Part shown: piece by piece, positions 10,366-20,106 of the stretch
How the letters are laid out: the number at the start of each line of letters is the position of its first letter
How positions within the stretch are numbered: position 1 is the first letter of the stretch
DNA from: Nannocystis bainbridge
Lineage (GTDB): Bacteria > Myxococcota_A > Polyangia > Nannocystales > Nannocystaceae
Assembly (NCBI RefSeq): GCF_028368995.1
Contig: NZ_JAQNDL010000003.1
Location: 864,001-928,000 of the forward strand
Reading direction: 5' to 3'
DNA: 64,000 nucleotides
Translations under genes and position numbers: made by a program
Notes under the pieces: model-generated
What the model saw: the letters and a program-made list of their open reading frames with translations, nothing else
Told to the model about the DNA's origin: nothing
Databases searched by the model: none

Positions 10366-11514
10366 TCAGCGCCCGAACCGGAATTCGAGCCCCAGGGCCG
10401 CCCGCAGCGACACCGGCGCGATCGTGAACATGGGCCCGAGCCCGACCGCGCCGAAGGTCCCGCCGAGCAGCGGCACGCCGAGGTCGACGCCGAACCACAG
10501 CGCCAGCCACGGCCGCGGCGCCCACGCGACCGCGGGCCCGAACACCACCGCGAGCCACGCGATCCGGTCGGTCCGCCCGCCCGGGAACCCGACCCCGGCG
10601 CCGATCGCCTGCCCGGCCTCGAGCCCGCCGCACAGCGGAAACTCGACCCGCCCGGCCCGCGGCACCCCGCAGCCGCGCGCGCCGACGGTCCACAGCCGCA
10701 CCTTCGCCCCGGCCTGCGGATCGACCTGCGTGTACTCGGTCGTCGGCGCGCGGTAGAGGCCGGTGATCTCGACCCGCCAGCGCCGCCCCAAAAGCCCGCC
10801 CGCGAGCCCGAACGTCGGCCCCAAGCGCGGCATGCCCAGCGCCTCGAGCCCGCCCGCGACCCGCACGAACCCGCGCGGACGGGCGCTCGGATGAGCTGGC
10901 CTCCCGGACCTGTCCGCACGGACATCCTCCGCGGCCGGCTCCTCCGCGGCTGTCCCCGGGGACAGCTCACTCGCGCCCGGCGTCGTCGATGTCGCCGCGG
11001 ACACCTCACCCGCCGCGGCGTCGCCCGCATAGGTCCCCGAGGACATGTCACTCGCGCCCGGCGCAGCCTCGCCCGCGTCTGCCCCGGAGGACATGTCCAT
11101 CGGCGCAGGTCCGGAAGAACCTGTCCCCGAGGGCATGTCCACATCGCCAGCCTCCGTCACCGGCGCGGCCGGCACGATCGCCCCGTCGGCCGGGCGCGAC
11201 AGCACGCCCGGGTCGACCACCACCGCGGTCACGAACGCCGCCGCGTCGCCGATCTCCGCGCACGAGCGCCCGCGCAGGGTCCGCTTGCTGCGGCCCTCCG
11301 CCGCCTCGAGCTCGAGCGTGGCCGACCAGCGGCCCTCGCCCTCGCGGCGCACGTCGACGGTCACGCGGACCGGCCGCGACTCGGCGGCGCCGGCCAGGTA
11401 GCGCGCCAGGCTGTCCTGAAAGCCAGCTTGCGGACAGCGCGGATCGCCGCGCCAGGTCAGCTCGGCCGCTTGCGCAGGCAGCGCGGCGACGAGCGCGAGG
11501 ACGAGGGCTGTCAC
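10366..11514 (-). CDS. Secreted/outer-membrane protein accompanying the ECF-anti-sigma pair
   Basis: Signal peptide, small Cys-pair N-domain, acidic linker, amphipathic beta-strand C-domain ending LGLEFRFGR; start uncertain (GTG 11514). Confidence 0.72.
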   Translation of the reverse strand: MTALVLALVAALPAQAAELTWRGDPRCPQAGFQDSLARYLAGAAESRPVRVTVDVRREGEGRWSATLELEAAEGRSKRTLRGRSCAEIGDAAAFVTAVVVDPGVLSRPADGAIVPAAPVTEAGDVDMPSGTGSSGPAPMDMSSGADAGEAAPGASDMSSGTYAGDAAAGEVSAATSTTPGASELSPGTAAEEPAAEDVRADRSGRPAHPSARPRGFVRVAGGLEALGMPRLGPTFGLAGGLLGRRWRVEITGLYRAPTTEYTQVDPQAGAKVRLWTVGARGCGVPRAGRVEFPLCGGLEAGQAIGAGVGFPGGRTDRIAWLAVVFGPAVAWAPRPWLALWFGVDLGVPLLGGTFGAVGLGPMFTIAPVSLRAALGLEFRFGR

Positions 11515-11850
11515 GCCCGGGAGACTAGCGCGGCCCTGGCCCCGGCCCGCCGACAAATTTCGCGGAGCCCCTCACGGAAGTGGTCGGGTGCCGGGAAATC
11601 ACCCGCGCATGTCCCTCCTGGCCGCTCCCTCGCGCGATCATCCCGGCCTCCTGGCCGCGGCCGTCCCGCGGACCGCGACTCCGCGCCCCGGCGTGGGCCC
11701 TCCGTCGCGCACGCTCACCATGAGGACGCCGCTCCCGTCGCGCTGAATTCGAAACGACCCGCGGCGATCGAGCGACGCCATGCGCCGCGCCGAATTTCAT
11801 CCTTACATCGATTGATACCAACCCTAAGACCCCCACGGAATAACACTACC

Positions 11851-12771
11851 ATGCAGACCCTCCATCGCATCCTCGTCACCCTGCCCGCCCTGCTCGCATT
11901 CGGCTGCCTCCCGCCCAAGGGAGATCTCGGGCAATACACCGCCACCGACGGCGAAGAGACCGGTGACGCGACCACCGGCGACGACACCACCACCGCCGAC
12001 GCCGGCACCACCGTCGAGACCGGCAACCCTGACGACACCGGGCCGGTCGCCACCGCGACCTCGAGCGACGACACCGGGCCGATCGGCACCGCGACCTCGA
12101 GCGGCGACAGCGACACCGGCCCCGACGAGCCGCCGGCCTGCGACGGCCCGGGCGAGCCGACCTGGGAGTCGGCGACCTTCAGCTTCGAGCCCGCGCTGGT
12201 CGGCGAGGGCTTCGCCGCCGACTGCGAGGTCAGCGACATCGAGACCCACCCGCACGGGGCCGACGTGGCGCTCGCGTGCGGCGAGCAGCTCGTGCAGCTC
12301 CGCCTCGAGCTCGACGGCCCGCTGACCGAGTTCGCGGTCGGCGACGCGCTCGCCTTCGACTACCGCATGGTGCAGTCGTTCGGCCAGAGCGAATGGTTCA
12401 CCGTGCGCCGGCCGGCCCCCGACGGCACCCTCCTGCTCGGCGGCGTGCTCGGCGAGACGCTCACGCCGCCCAACGCCGAGCAGTTCTTCGCCCCGCTGAG
12501 CATGACCCGCCAGGAGGGCGTGTGCCCGACGGTGATCGACTGCGACAACATGAGCGAGACGATCGGCGTCGAGTTCACCCACGGCGACGAAACGGCCCTG
12601 GTGCTGGCCCTCCACAGCCTGGTGATCGGCGAGTCCGCGCCGTACCGCGTCGGCGCCAGCATCGCCCGCAAGCACTACGACGAGGCCCAGGACGGCCAGG
12701 GCGGGTTCTGCCAGTCGTTCGACATCCCCGAATATTACTACGGCCTGATGATCCACCACCTCGGCGAGTGA
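11851..12771 (+). CDS. Hypothetical lipoprotein
   Basis: MQTLHRILVTLPALLAFGC lipobox, Thr/Asp/Gly linker, Cys-containing globular domain; divergent from the ECF cluster. Confidence 0.82.
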   Translation: MQTLHRILVTLPALLAFGCLPPKGDLGQYTATDGEETGDATTGDDTTTADAGTTVETGNPDDTGPVATATSSDDTGPIGTATSSGDSDTGPDEPPACDGPGEPTWESATFSFEPALVGEGFAADCEVSDIETHPHGADVALACGEQLVQLRLELDGPLTEFAVGDALAFDYRMVQSFGQSEWFTVRRPAPDGTLLLGGVLGETLTPPNAEQFFAPLSMTRQEGVCPTVIDCDNMSETIGVEFTHGDETALVLALHSLVIGESAPYRVGASIARKHYDEAQDGQGGFCQSFDIPEYYYGLMIHHLGE

Positions 12772-12932
12772 GCCGCGGGAGCGTCCGCCGCTCCGCATCG
12801 CGGGGCGACGAGCGCTGCGAGCTCGTCACTCACGCGCCGTCACGGCGTGCGAGACGAGCTCCGCGCATGCTGTTGCGCCCGGCGAGTGAGCCGCACCATC
12901 GGCCCTGTGCGCTTTGCATCAAGCAGCGGCTG

Positions 12933-15900
12933 TCAGCGGCCGTCGCGGCCGGCGAGCTCGCAGATCGCCGTCACCAGGTCGAGCGGCTCGCACGGCTTGC
13001 CGAGGTGCTTCTGATAGCCCGCCAGCAGCGCCCGCGTGCGGTCCTCGAGCCGCGCGTAGGCGGTCAGCGCCAGCGCCGGCGTGCGCCCGCCGTCGTCGCT
13101 CGGTCGCTGACGCAGGCGGCGCATCCAGTCGTAGCCGTCCTCACCGGGCATGGCGATGTCGGACACGATCACGTCGGGTCGCTCGCGGCCGACCAGCGTC
13201 AGCGCTTGCTCGCCGTTCTCGGCCGTCAGCACCACCGCGCCGGTCGGCTGCAGGAACGCCGCGACCAGCTCGCGCGCGTCGCGTTCGTCGTCGACGATGA
13301 GGATCTTCAGCCCGCGCAGATCGGCGTCGCGCGGCCCGGCGGGGCCCAGCGGCGGGCCCTGGACGGCGCCCGGGGCCACCGCGCTGACGCTGCCCGGCGC
13401 GCTCGCGCGGGTCGGCAGGCGGACCACGAACTCCGCCCCCTGGCCGACCCCCTCGCTGTGGGCCTGGATCGTGCCCCCGTGGCCCTCGACCAGGTGACGC
13501 ACGATCGCCAGCCCGAGCCCGAGCCCGCCGTGCTGGCGCGTCGTGCCCGAGTCCTCCTGGCGGAACTTGTCGAAGATGTGCGGCAGGAACTCGGCACCGA
13601 TCCCGCGGCCGGTGTCGCGGACGGTGATCACCACCTGATTGCGCCCGCTCTGGATCACCGTCAGGTCGACCTTGCCGCCGCGCTCGGTGAACTTGACCGC
13701 GTTGCTCAGCAGGTTCCACAGGATCTGCTGCACGCGCTCCGCGTCGCACAGCACCGGCAGCACCGGCGGCTCGGGCCAGAACGCCAGGCGCACGCCCTTC
13801 GCCTCGGCGGCCGGGCGGACGATGTCGAGCGCGGCCTCGGCGATCTGAACCAGCTCGGCCGGGCCGACCCGCAGCTGCAGCTTGCCGGTGATGATGCGGG
13901 TGGTGTCGAGCAGGTCCTTGATGAGGCCCGCCTGCGCCGACGCGTTGCGATCGATGGCGTCGATCGCCTTTTGTCGCTGCTCCTCGCTCAGCCCCGTGCG
14001 CCGCAGCACCCGCGACCAGCCGAGGATCGCCTGCAGCGGGGTGCGCAGCTCGTGCGACACGACCGCGAGGAATTCGTCCTTGGCCCGGTTGGCCGCGTCG
14101 ACGCGGGCGCGCTCGCGGCGGGACAGCTCGAGCAGCCGCGCGTTGTCGAGGGCCAGGGCGATGCGGCGCCCGAGCTCCTCGGCCAGCGCCAGGTCGTGGC
14201 TGTCGTAGAGCCGCCCCGAGCCCTTCCACGTGCCGACCGACAGCGTGCCGAGGATCGCCCCCTGGACCGGCAACGGCACCACCGCCGCCGAGCGCACCGC
14301 CAGCGCCGTCAGGGCCGCCATGTGCTCGGCGTCGCGGGCGATCTCCGGCACCAGCGCGTCGGCGTCGGGCAAGAACAGCGAGCGCCCGCTCGCCATCACC
14401 CGCGCGTAGGTGTGCTCGCCGTTGCGGTCGTACGGCAACCGGCCCTGCGCGGCCACGTAGGCGCGCAGGCGGGCCTGCATCGCCGGGTCGATGTGGGCCG
14501 CCGCCGGGACCGCCAGCGAGCCGTCGTCGCGGCGCAGGTGGATCACACACCAGTCGCCGAAGCTCGGCACCACCAGGTCGACCACCCGCGCCAGCGTCGC
14601 GTCGCCGTCGAGCGACTCGGCCAGCACGCGCCCCGCCTCGGCCAGCAGCGCCATCGCCTCCTCGGCCCGCTTGCGCTCGGTGATGTCGAGCACCGTCTCG
14701 ACGATGCCCTCGATGTTGCCCTCGAGCACCCACGGGTAAAAGCTGACGAGGAAGTGGCCCGGCAGCCCGTGGCGCTGCGGCAGCATCACCGACACCTCGA
14801 TGTCGGTGATCGTCTCGCCGCGGTCGCGGACCCGCTCGAGCATCGGCTCGATCACCGGCGCCACCCACGGGACCACGTCGGCCAGCTTGTGCCCGTGGTG
14901 GATCTCGACCGGCAGGTCGTTGATCGCCGCCAGCGCCCGGTTGATGCGGCGGTAGCGGAGCCCGCGGTCGAACACCGCGAAGCCGATCTGGGCCCCGTCG
15001 AGGATCGCCGTCAGCTCGGTCTCGGCGCGCCGGTGCTCGCTGACGTCGAACATCGAGGCGACCATGCGCGTCGGCCGGCCGTTCGGGTCGCGGGCGATCC
15101 AGCCGCGGTCGAGCACGCGGACGAAGCTGCCGTCGCTGCGGGCGAACCGGTACTCCTCGGCCCAGCGCTCGGCGCCGTCCTTGATCGCGCGCTCGACCCC
15201 GGCGGCGACCCGCTCGCGGTCGTCGCCGTGGATCCGCGCCAGCCACCAATTCATGTCGTCCTCGACCTCGTCGGCGCGGTAGCCGAAGCGGGTCTTGATC
15301 GCCGCGTTCCAGCGGGTCTCGCCGGTCTTCACGTCCCAGTCGCGCAGCGCCTCGTTGGTGGCGCGGTTGACCAGCTCGTAGCCCTCCTCGGCCCGCACGC
15401 GCTCGGTCAGCTCGAACACCGTCGCGGCCACCCCGGTCACCACGCCGCGGGTGCGCACCGGCTGGAAGCACACGTACCACATGCGCTCGCCGTACAGCGT
15501 GAAGCGGTCGATCGTGTACGGCGCCCCGGTCCGCAGCACCTCTTCCATCATCGGCATCGCCCCCGCCAGGTTCGGCGAGATCTCGGCCGGCGTGCGGCCC
15601 AGGTGCGACTCCGGCGACAGCCCGTTCAGCTCCGCCAGCGCCCGGTTGACCCGCACGTACTTCAGCTCGCGGTCCAGCAGCGCCAGCCCGACCGACGCCC
15701 CCTCGAACAGGGCGTCGAGCTGGGCCCGCACCTGGTCGCCGCCCTGGAACGCCATCAGCGCCGACGCCAGCTCGCGGCTCTGGCCCACGCGCTCGCGGGT
15801 CGCGTGGATGTCGGTGGCGGTGCCGACCCACCGCTCGACGGGCCCGGATGGCGGGCTGACCGGCTCGACGCGGGCGCGGTGCCACCGGAGGTCGCCGTCG

Positions 15901-16220
15901 CGGCGCCGGGCCCGGATCTCGCACTCGTAGGGCTCCCCCTTGCCGAGCGCCTCGGCGTGGCGAGCGGCCAGCGCCTGCAGGTCGTCAGGGTGGATCACCC
16001 GGGCCATCACCTCCACGGGGGCGAGCCGGTCCGGCACCCCGGCGTAGCGAAACCAGGCCGCATTGACGAATTCCAGGTCCCCTAGGCCGCCGAAGGTCCA
16101 CAGCAGGTGCGGCACGGCGTCGGCGAAGCCTCGCAGCATACCTGTATTTTGAGCCAGATTCGTCGCCGATGGGGGTCCAGCGGCCCCCGCTCGCGGCGGA
16201 TCTGCCTCATCGCGCTGCAT
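12933..16220 (-). CDS. Hybrid sensor histidine kinase (multi-PAS, GAF, HisKA, HATPase, REC)
   Basis: SHELRTPL H-box, NLLSNAVKFT N-box, DTGRGI, GGLGLGLAIV, receiver ILIVDDE...DIAMPGEDG. Confidence 0.95.
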   Translation of the reverse strand: MQRDEADPPRAGAAGPPSATNLAQNTGMLRGFADAVPHLLWTFGGLGDLEFVNAAWFRYAGVPDRLAPVEVMARVIHPDDLQALAARHAEALGKGEPYECEIRARRRDGDLRWHRARVEPVSPPSGPVERWVGTATDIHATRERVGQSRELASALMAFQGGDQVRAQLDALFEGASVGLALLDRELKYVRVNRALAELNGLSPESHLGRTPAEISPNLAGAMPMMEEVLRTGAPYTIDRFTLYGERMWYVCFQPVRTRGVVTGVAATVFELTERVRAEEGYELVNRATNEALRDWDVKTGETRWNAAIKTRFGYRADEVEDDMNWWLARIHGDDRERVAAGVERAIKDGAERWAEEYRFARSDGSFVRVLDRGWIARDPNGRPTRMVASMFDVSEHRRAETELTAILDGAQIGFAVFDRGLRYRRINRALAAINDLPVEIHHGHKLADVVPWVAPVIEPMLERVRDRGETITDIEVSVMLPQRHGLPGHFLVSFYPWVLEGNIEGIVETVLDITERKRAEEAMALLAEAGRVLAESLDGDATLARVVDLVVPSFGDWCVIHLRRDDGSLAVPAAAHIDPAMQARLRAYVAAQGRLPYDRNGEHTYARVMASGRSLFLPDADALVPEIARDAEHMAALTALAVRSAAVVPLPVQGAILGTLSVGTWKGSGRLYDSHDLALAEELGRRIALALDNARLLELSRRERARVDAANRAKDEFLAVVSHELRTPLQAILGWSRVLRRTGLSEEQRQKAIDAIDRNASAQAGLIKDLLDTTRIITGKLQLRVGPAELVQIAEAALDIVRPAAEAKGVRLAFWPEPPVLPVLCDAERVQQILWNLLSNAVKFTERGGKVDLTVIQSGRNQVVITVRDTGRGIGAEFLPHIFDKFRQEDSGTTRQHGGLGLGLAIVRHLVEGHGGTIQAHSEGVGQGAEFVVRLPTRASAPGSVSAVAPGAVQGPPLGPAGPRDADLRGLKILIVDDERDARELVAAFLQPTGAVVLTAENGEQALTLVGRERPDVIVSDIAMPGEDGYDWMRRLRQRPSDDGGRTPALALTAYARLEDRTRALLAGYQKHLGKPCEPLDLVTAICELAGRDGR

Positions 16221-16360
16221 TCGCCAAAGTTAGCACGAACGCCCCGCCGCCCGGCCCCGGCGGCGCCGGCCCCGGCGGTCGCAATCATATGGGGTCTGGG
16301 GCCGCCAGGGGACTCGCGGCGCCGCGAGCGTCCGTGTAACGTTGGCGCGGGAGCCGAAGC

Positions 16361-17254
16361 ATGCCCTCGCAGTTGACCGACGCCGAATGGAGCCAGCTTC
16401 TGTCGCGGATCGAGCGAGGCGAATGCACGCCCTTCCTCGGACCGGGCGTCGCGCTCGGTCGGCTGCCGCTGCCGGGCGACCTGGCGATGCGGTGGGCCGA
16501 TGCCTATCAGTACCCGCTCGAGGACCGCTGGAACCTGCCGCGCGTGGCCCAGTACCTCGAGCTCGAGAAGGGCCCCCGCTGGCTGCGCGAGGAGCTGGCC
16601 AAGGCGCTGGCCGACGCCGACGCCGTCGAGCCCGACGACGTGCTGCAGCTGCTCGCCGACCTGCCGTTCTCGACGTACATCACCACCGGCTACGACGATC
16701 TGCTCGCGCAAGCCCTGCGCGGCGCGCAGCTCCGCCGCGACGAGCGGCGCACCGCGCGGAAGCCCCGCCTCGATTTCTGCCGCTGGCAAGAGACCCTGCG
16801 CTCGGCCGCCCTGCCGACCCCGTTCGAGGCTGACCCCTATTACCAGCCCTCGGCCGACGAGCCGTTCGTGTTCCACCTGCTGGGTCAGGCCGCCTTCCCG
16901 CAGTCGCTGGTGCTGACCGAGACCGACCACTACGACCTGTTCGTCGCCACCGCGCGCCACCCCGGCCTGCTGCCGCCGCCGGTCCAGCGGGCGCTCCGCG
17001 GCGGGCCGCTGCTGTTCATCGGTCAGCCGCTGACCGACGCCAACTTCCGCGCCCTCGCCCGCAGCCTCGGCGGCGCCGACTACCGCGGCCTGCAGGACGG
17101 CACGCTGTCGGTCCACGTCCGTCCCGAGGGCAACGACGCCGCGATCCACTACCTCGAGCGTCACTTCGGCGCGCAGCACATCAAGCTGTACTGGGGGACA
17201 CCTCGCGACTTCCTGCAGGAGCTGCGCGAGCGCTGGCTCCGCGACCACGACTGA
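16361..17254 (+). CDS. SIR2-like domain protein with degenerate catalytic motifs
   Basis: PFLGPG, YITTGYDDL, FHLLG, LVLTETD, LLFIGQPLTDANF follow the SIR2_2 motif order (GAG, TTNYD, HG, LFxGYSxxD). Confidence 0.8.
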   Translation: MPSQLTDAEWSQLLSRIERGECTPFLGPGVALGRLPLPGDLAMRWADAYQYPLEDRWNLPRVAQYLELEKGPRWLREELAKALADADAVEPDDVLQLLADLPFSTYITTGYDDLLAQALRGAQLRRDERRTARKPRLDFCRWQETLRSAALPTPFEADPYYQPSADEPFVFHLLGQAAFPQSLVLTETDHYDLFVATARHPGLLPPPVQRALRGGPLLFIGQPLTDANFRALARSLGGADYRGLQDGTLSVHVRPEGNDAAIHYLERHFGAQHIKLYWGTPRDFLQELRERWLRDHD

Positions 17255-17267
17255 GCCCCGGAGGTCC

Positions 17268-19544
17268 ATGTCCGCACCCAAATCAGGCCCGCAGAGCCCC
17301 TTCCCCGGACCCCGCCCCTACGAGGCCGGCGAGCGCGACCGCTTTTACGGCCGCGCCGGCGAGCGCCGCGACCTCGCGGCCCTGGTGATCGCCAACCGCC
17401 TCACGGTGCTCTACGGCCCGACCGGCGCCGGCAAGACCTCGCTGCTGGCGGCCGGCCTGGTGCCCGAGCTCGAGCGCGCCGGCTTCATGGTCATGCCGAT
17501 CGCGCGCCCCGGCGGGCTGCTGCCGCCCGGCACCAACCCGGTCCACCTGCGCAACATCTACAGCGCCAACGTGCTGATGCACTGGCACCACGGCGACCTC
17601 GACGGCGTCGCCAAGCACACCATCACCTCGTACCTCGAGGCGATGGAGGACCCGCGGCCCGAGCGGCCGCTGGCCCTCGTCATCGACCAGTTCGAAGATC
17701 TCTTCAACACCCACACCACCCAGTGGGAGCAGCGCGAGGCGTTCCTGCGCGAGCTGGTCGACTGCCTCGCCAAGCCCGAGCGCGGGATCGAGGAGCGGCC
17801 GGTGCGGGTCTGTCTGGCGATCCGCGACGAGGAGCTGGCCGAGCTCGAGCGCTACGCCGCGCTGCTGCCCGACCTCCTGCGGATCCGCTTCCGCCTCGAC
17901 CCGCTGCGCCGCCCGGCCGCGATCGAGGTCATGACCCACGCCGCCGGCGGCATGTTCGCCCGGCCCGACGCCGAGAAGCTGGCGACCGACCTGGCCCACC
18001 GGCGCGTGCGCACCTTCGGCAAGATCGCCCTGGTCCCGAGCGAGTTCGTCGAGCCGATCCAGCTGCAGCTCGCGTGCGACGAGAAGTGGCGCCGCGGCGG
18101 CAAGAGCGGCGCGATGGCCAAGCCGCGCGACCCCGACGAGGCGCTGGTCCGCTACGTCGACGCCGGCATCGCCCGCGCCCGCGCCGGCTGGCGCTCCGAG
18201 GCCAAGATCCGCCGCTTCATCGGCGACAAGCTGCTGACCCCCGAGGGCGGCCGCAGCGCCGTCGTCCGCGGCAAGCGCCACACCGCCGGCCTCCTCAACA
18301 AGCTGGTCGACCGCCTCGAGCAGGAGCGGATCGTGCGCGCCGAGGAGCGGCTCGGGACCCGCTGGTACGAGCTCGCGCACGACCGCATGGTCGAGCCGAT
18401 GCGGATCTCCAACGCCGCATGGTTCGAGGCCCAGCGCCGCCGCCGTCGCGCCCGCCGCGTCGCCCTGCTGCTGCTCCTGCTGGCCGGCCTCGGCGTCGCC
18501 GCCTGGTTCGGCGTGCAGTGGGCGCTGGCCACCTACCAGGGCCTCGAGGGCCAGAAGACCGGCGTCGAGGCCGAGCTCGCGGCCGCCAGCCAGACCCGCG
18601 AGGACCTCGAGCAGTCGCTCGCCCGGGCCGAGGGCAACTATGCGGTCGAGCGCCTGCGGGCTCAGGCGCGCGGCCTCGACGTCGAGCTCGTCGGCCTCGC
18701 CGACGACATCCAGGCCGCCCGCGGCGTGATCGCCGACATGGCGCGCTTCAGCCCGCGCGGCCGCGACAACGAGCCCGCCGACCTCACCAACTTCGTCGCC
18801 GTCGCCGCCGAGCTGCCCGGCCTCGGCGCCCGCCTCACCGGCGTGGGCCAGCGCCACGCCGAGCTGACCGCCGAGCTGACCGCCGCCGCCCAGGCCCGCC
18901 CGCTCGTCGAGGCTGACCTCAAGGCCCTGGCCAAAGAGACAGCCTCGCGCGGCCCCGAGCTCGAGCGCCTGCGCGCCGACCTCGACGCCGCCACCGCCGA
19001 GCAGACCCGCCAGCGCGCCCGCGTGCTGGCCGAGGTGGCCGGCTTCGAGGCCCCGCAGCGCGGCACCAGCGGCGACGCCCGGGCGCGCGAGATGGCCCGT
19101 CAGCTGTGGCGCGACGCCTTCGTCATGCTGCAGCGCGGCAGCACCGAGGACGCGCGCGGCCGGTTCGAGCGGGCCCACCTGCGCGACACCACCCACGCCC
19201 CCGCCTGGGACATGATCGGCCGGATCGCCCAGACCGGCGGCGACCTCAAGCTGGCCGAGCAGTCGTACCGCAAGGCGCTGACCTACGCGCCCGACTACGG
19301 CCCGAGCCTCGCCAGCATGGCCTCGCTCTACCTCACCAAGGAGTGGTTCCTCGACGCCGAGCGCTGCGCCCGCGAGGCCCTGGCCGCCCAGCCCAGCCTG
19401 CTGAGCGCCCGCGTCGTCCTGCGCGCGGTCCAGCAGCGGCGCCAGAGCGAGACCGAGAGCGACGAGGAGGGCCTGAGCCCGAAGAACCCCTGCAGCCGCC
19501 CCGCCGCCGCCGCTGCGCCGCCCGCAGCCGTACCGGCGGAGTAG
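17268..19544 (+). CDS. STAND-class (nSTAND1-like) NTPase with TM helix, coiled coil and TPRs
   Basis: PFPGPRPY...FYGR, Walker A GPTGAGKTS, Walker B LVIDQFEDLF, YELAHD, Arg-rich then hydrophobic TM, C-terminal TPRs. Confidence 0.85.
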   Translation: MSAPKSGPQSPFPGPRPYEAGERDRFYGRAGERRDLAALVIANRLTVLYGPTGAGKTSLLAAGLVPELERAGFMVMPIARPGGLLPPGTNPVHLRNIYSANVLMHWHHGDLDGVAKHTITSYLEAMEDPRPERPLALVIDQFEDLFNTHTTQWEQREAFLRELVDCLAKPERGIEERPVRVCLAIRDEELAELERYAALLPDLLRIRFRLDPLRRPAAIEVMTHAAGGMFARPDAEKLATDLAHRRVRTFGKIALVPSEFVEPIQLQLACDEKWRRGGKSGAMAKPRDPDEALVRYVDAGIARARAGWRSEAKIRRFIGDKLLTPEGGRSAVVRGKRHTAGLLNKLVDRLEQERIVRAEERLGTRWYELAHDRMVEPMRISNAAWFEAQRRRRRARRVALLLLLLAGLGVAAWFGVQWALATYQGLEGQKTGVEAELAAASQTREDLEQSLARAEGNYAVERLRAQARGLDVELVGLADDIQAARGVIADMARFSPRGRDNEPADLTNFVAVAAELPGLGARLTGVGQRHAELTAELTAAAQARPLVEADLKALAKETASRGPELERLRADLDAATAEQTRQRARVLAEVAGFEAPQRGTSGDARAREMARQLWRDAFVMLQRGSTEDARGRFERAHLRDTTHAPAWDMIGRIAQTGGDLKLAEQSYRKALTYAPDYGPSLASMASLYLTKEWFLDAERCAREALAAQPSLLSARVVLRAVQQRRQSETESDEEGLSPKNPCSRPAAAAAPPAAVPAE

Positions 19545-19601
19545 CGCGCCCGCGACCGCGCGCCGCCGACGAGAGCCACGTCGCCGGCGCGCGGACCCAT
19601 T

Positions 19602-19783
19602 GCCGAGGCCCGCACGCTCGGGCCCGCCTTCGCCGACGGGCGGACCTATGGCCGAGGCCCGCACGCTCGCGCTGGCCGTCGCCAACGGGCGGACCTCAAG
19701 GCCGAGGCCCGCACGCACGCGCCGGCCGTCGCCAACGGGCGGACCTCAAGGCCGAGGCCCGCACGCCCGCGCCGGCCGTCGCC
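19602..19783. repeat. About 50-bp tandem repeat, 4 copies
   Basis: GCCGAGGCCCGCACGC starts at 19602, 19651, 19701, 19751. Confidence 0.85.
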
Positions 19784-19794
19784 GTCACCGGCAC

Positions 19795-20106
19795 GCATTC
19801 GCGCCACCTGGCCGCGCTTGTCGGTCCTCGCGCTGCAACCTCTCCGCGCCTGCCGGTCCCGCGCGCTCAGCCGCGTGCACTCGTGCCACCTGGCCGCGCT
19901 TGCCGGTCCTCGGGCTCGCGCCTGACTTCGCAGCAAACCGCCACGCGCATTCGTGCCACTTCGCCGGGCGTGCCGATCTCCACGCGCTCGCACCGGCCGT
20001 CGACACCGGCACCCGCATTCGTGCCACCTCGCCGCGCGTGCCGGTCCCCACACACTCGCACCCCGTCGACACCGGCATTCGCATTCGTGCCACCTCGCCG
20101 CACGTG
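19795..20106. repeat. Degenerate about 70-bp tandem repeat, 5 copies
   Basis: GCAYTCGYGCCACYTSGCC core at 19795, 19877, 19947, 20015, 20081. Confidence 0.8.

Noticed and set aside
9931-12771. 946-aa ORF
   Set aside because: The 5' part is antisense to the ECF cluster; only 11851-12771 looks coding
12276-16085. Long antisense or alternate-frame ORFs (also 789..2879, 45673..48816, 52598..55309 and others)
   Set aside because: Shadow ORFs caused by scarce stop codons in high-GC DNA, overlapping well-supported genes
19795-20106. CRISPR array
   Set aside because: Repeats are degenerate, spacers are mutually similar and uneven, and there are no cas genes in the window
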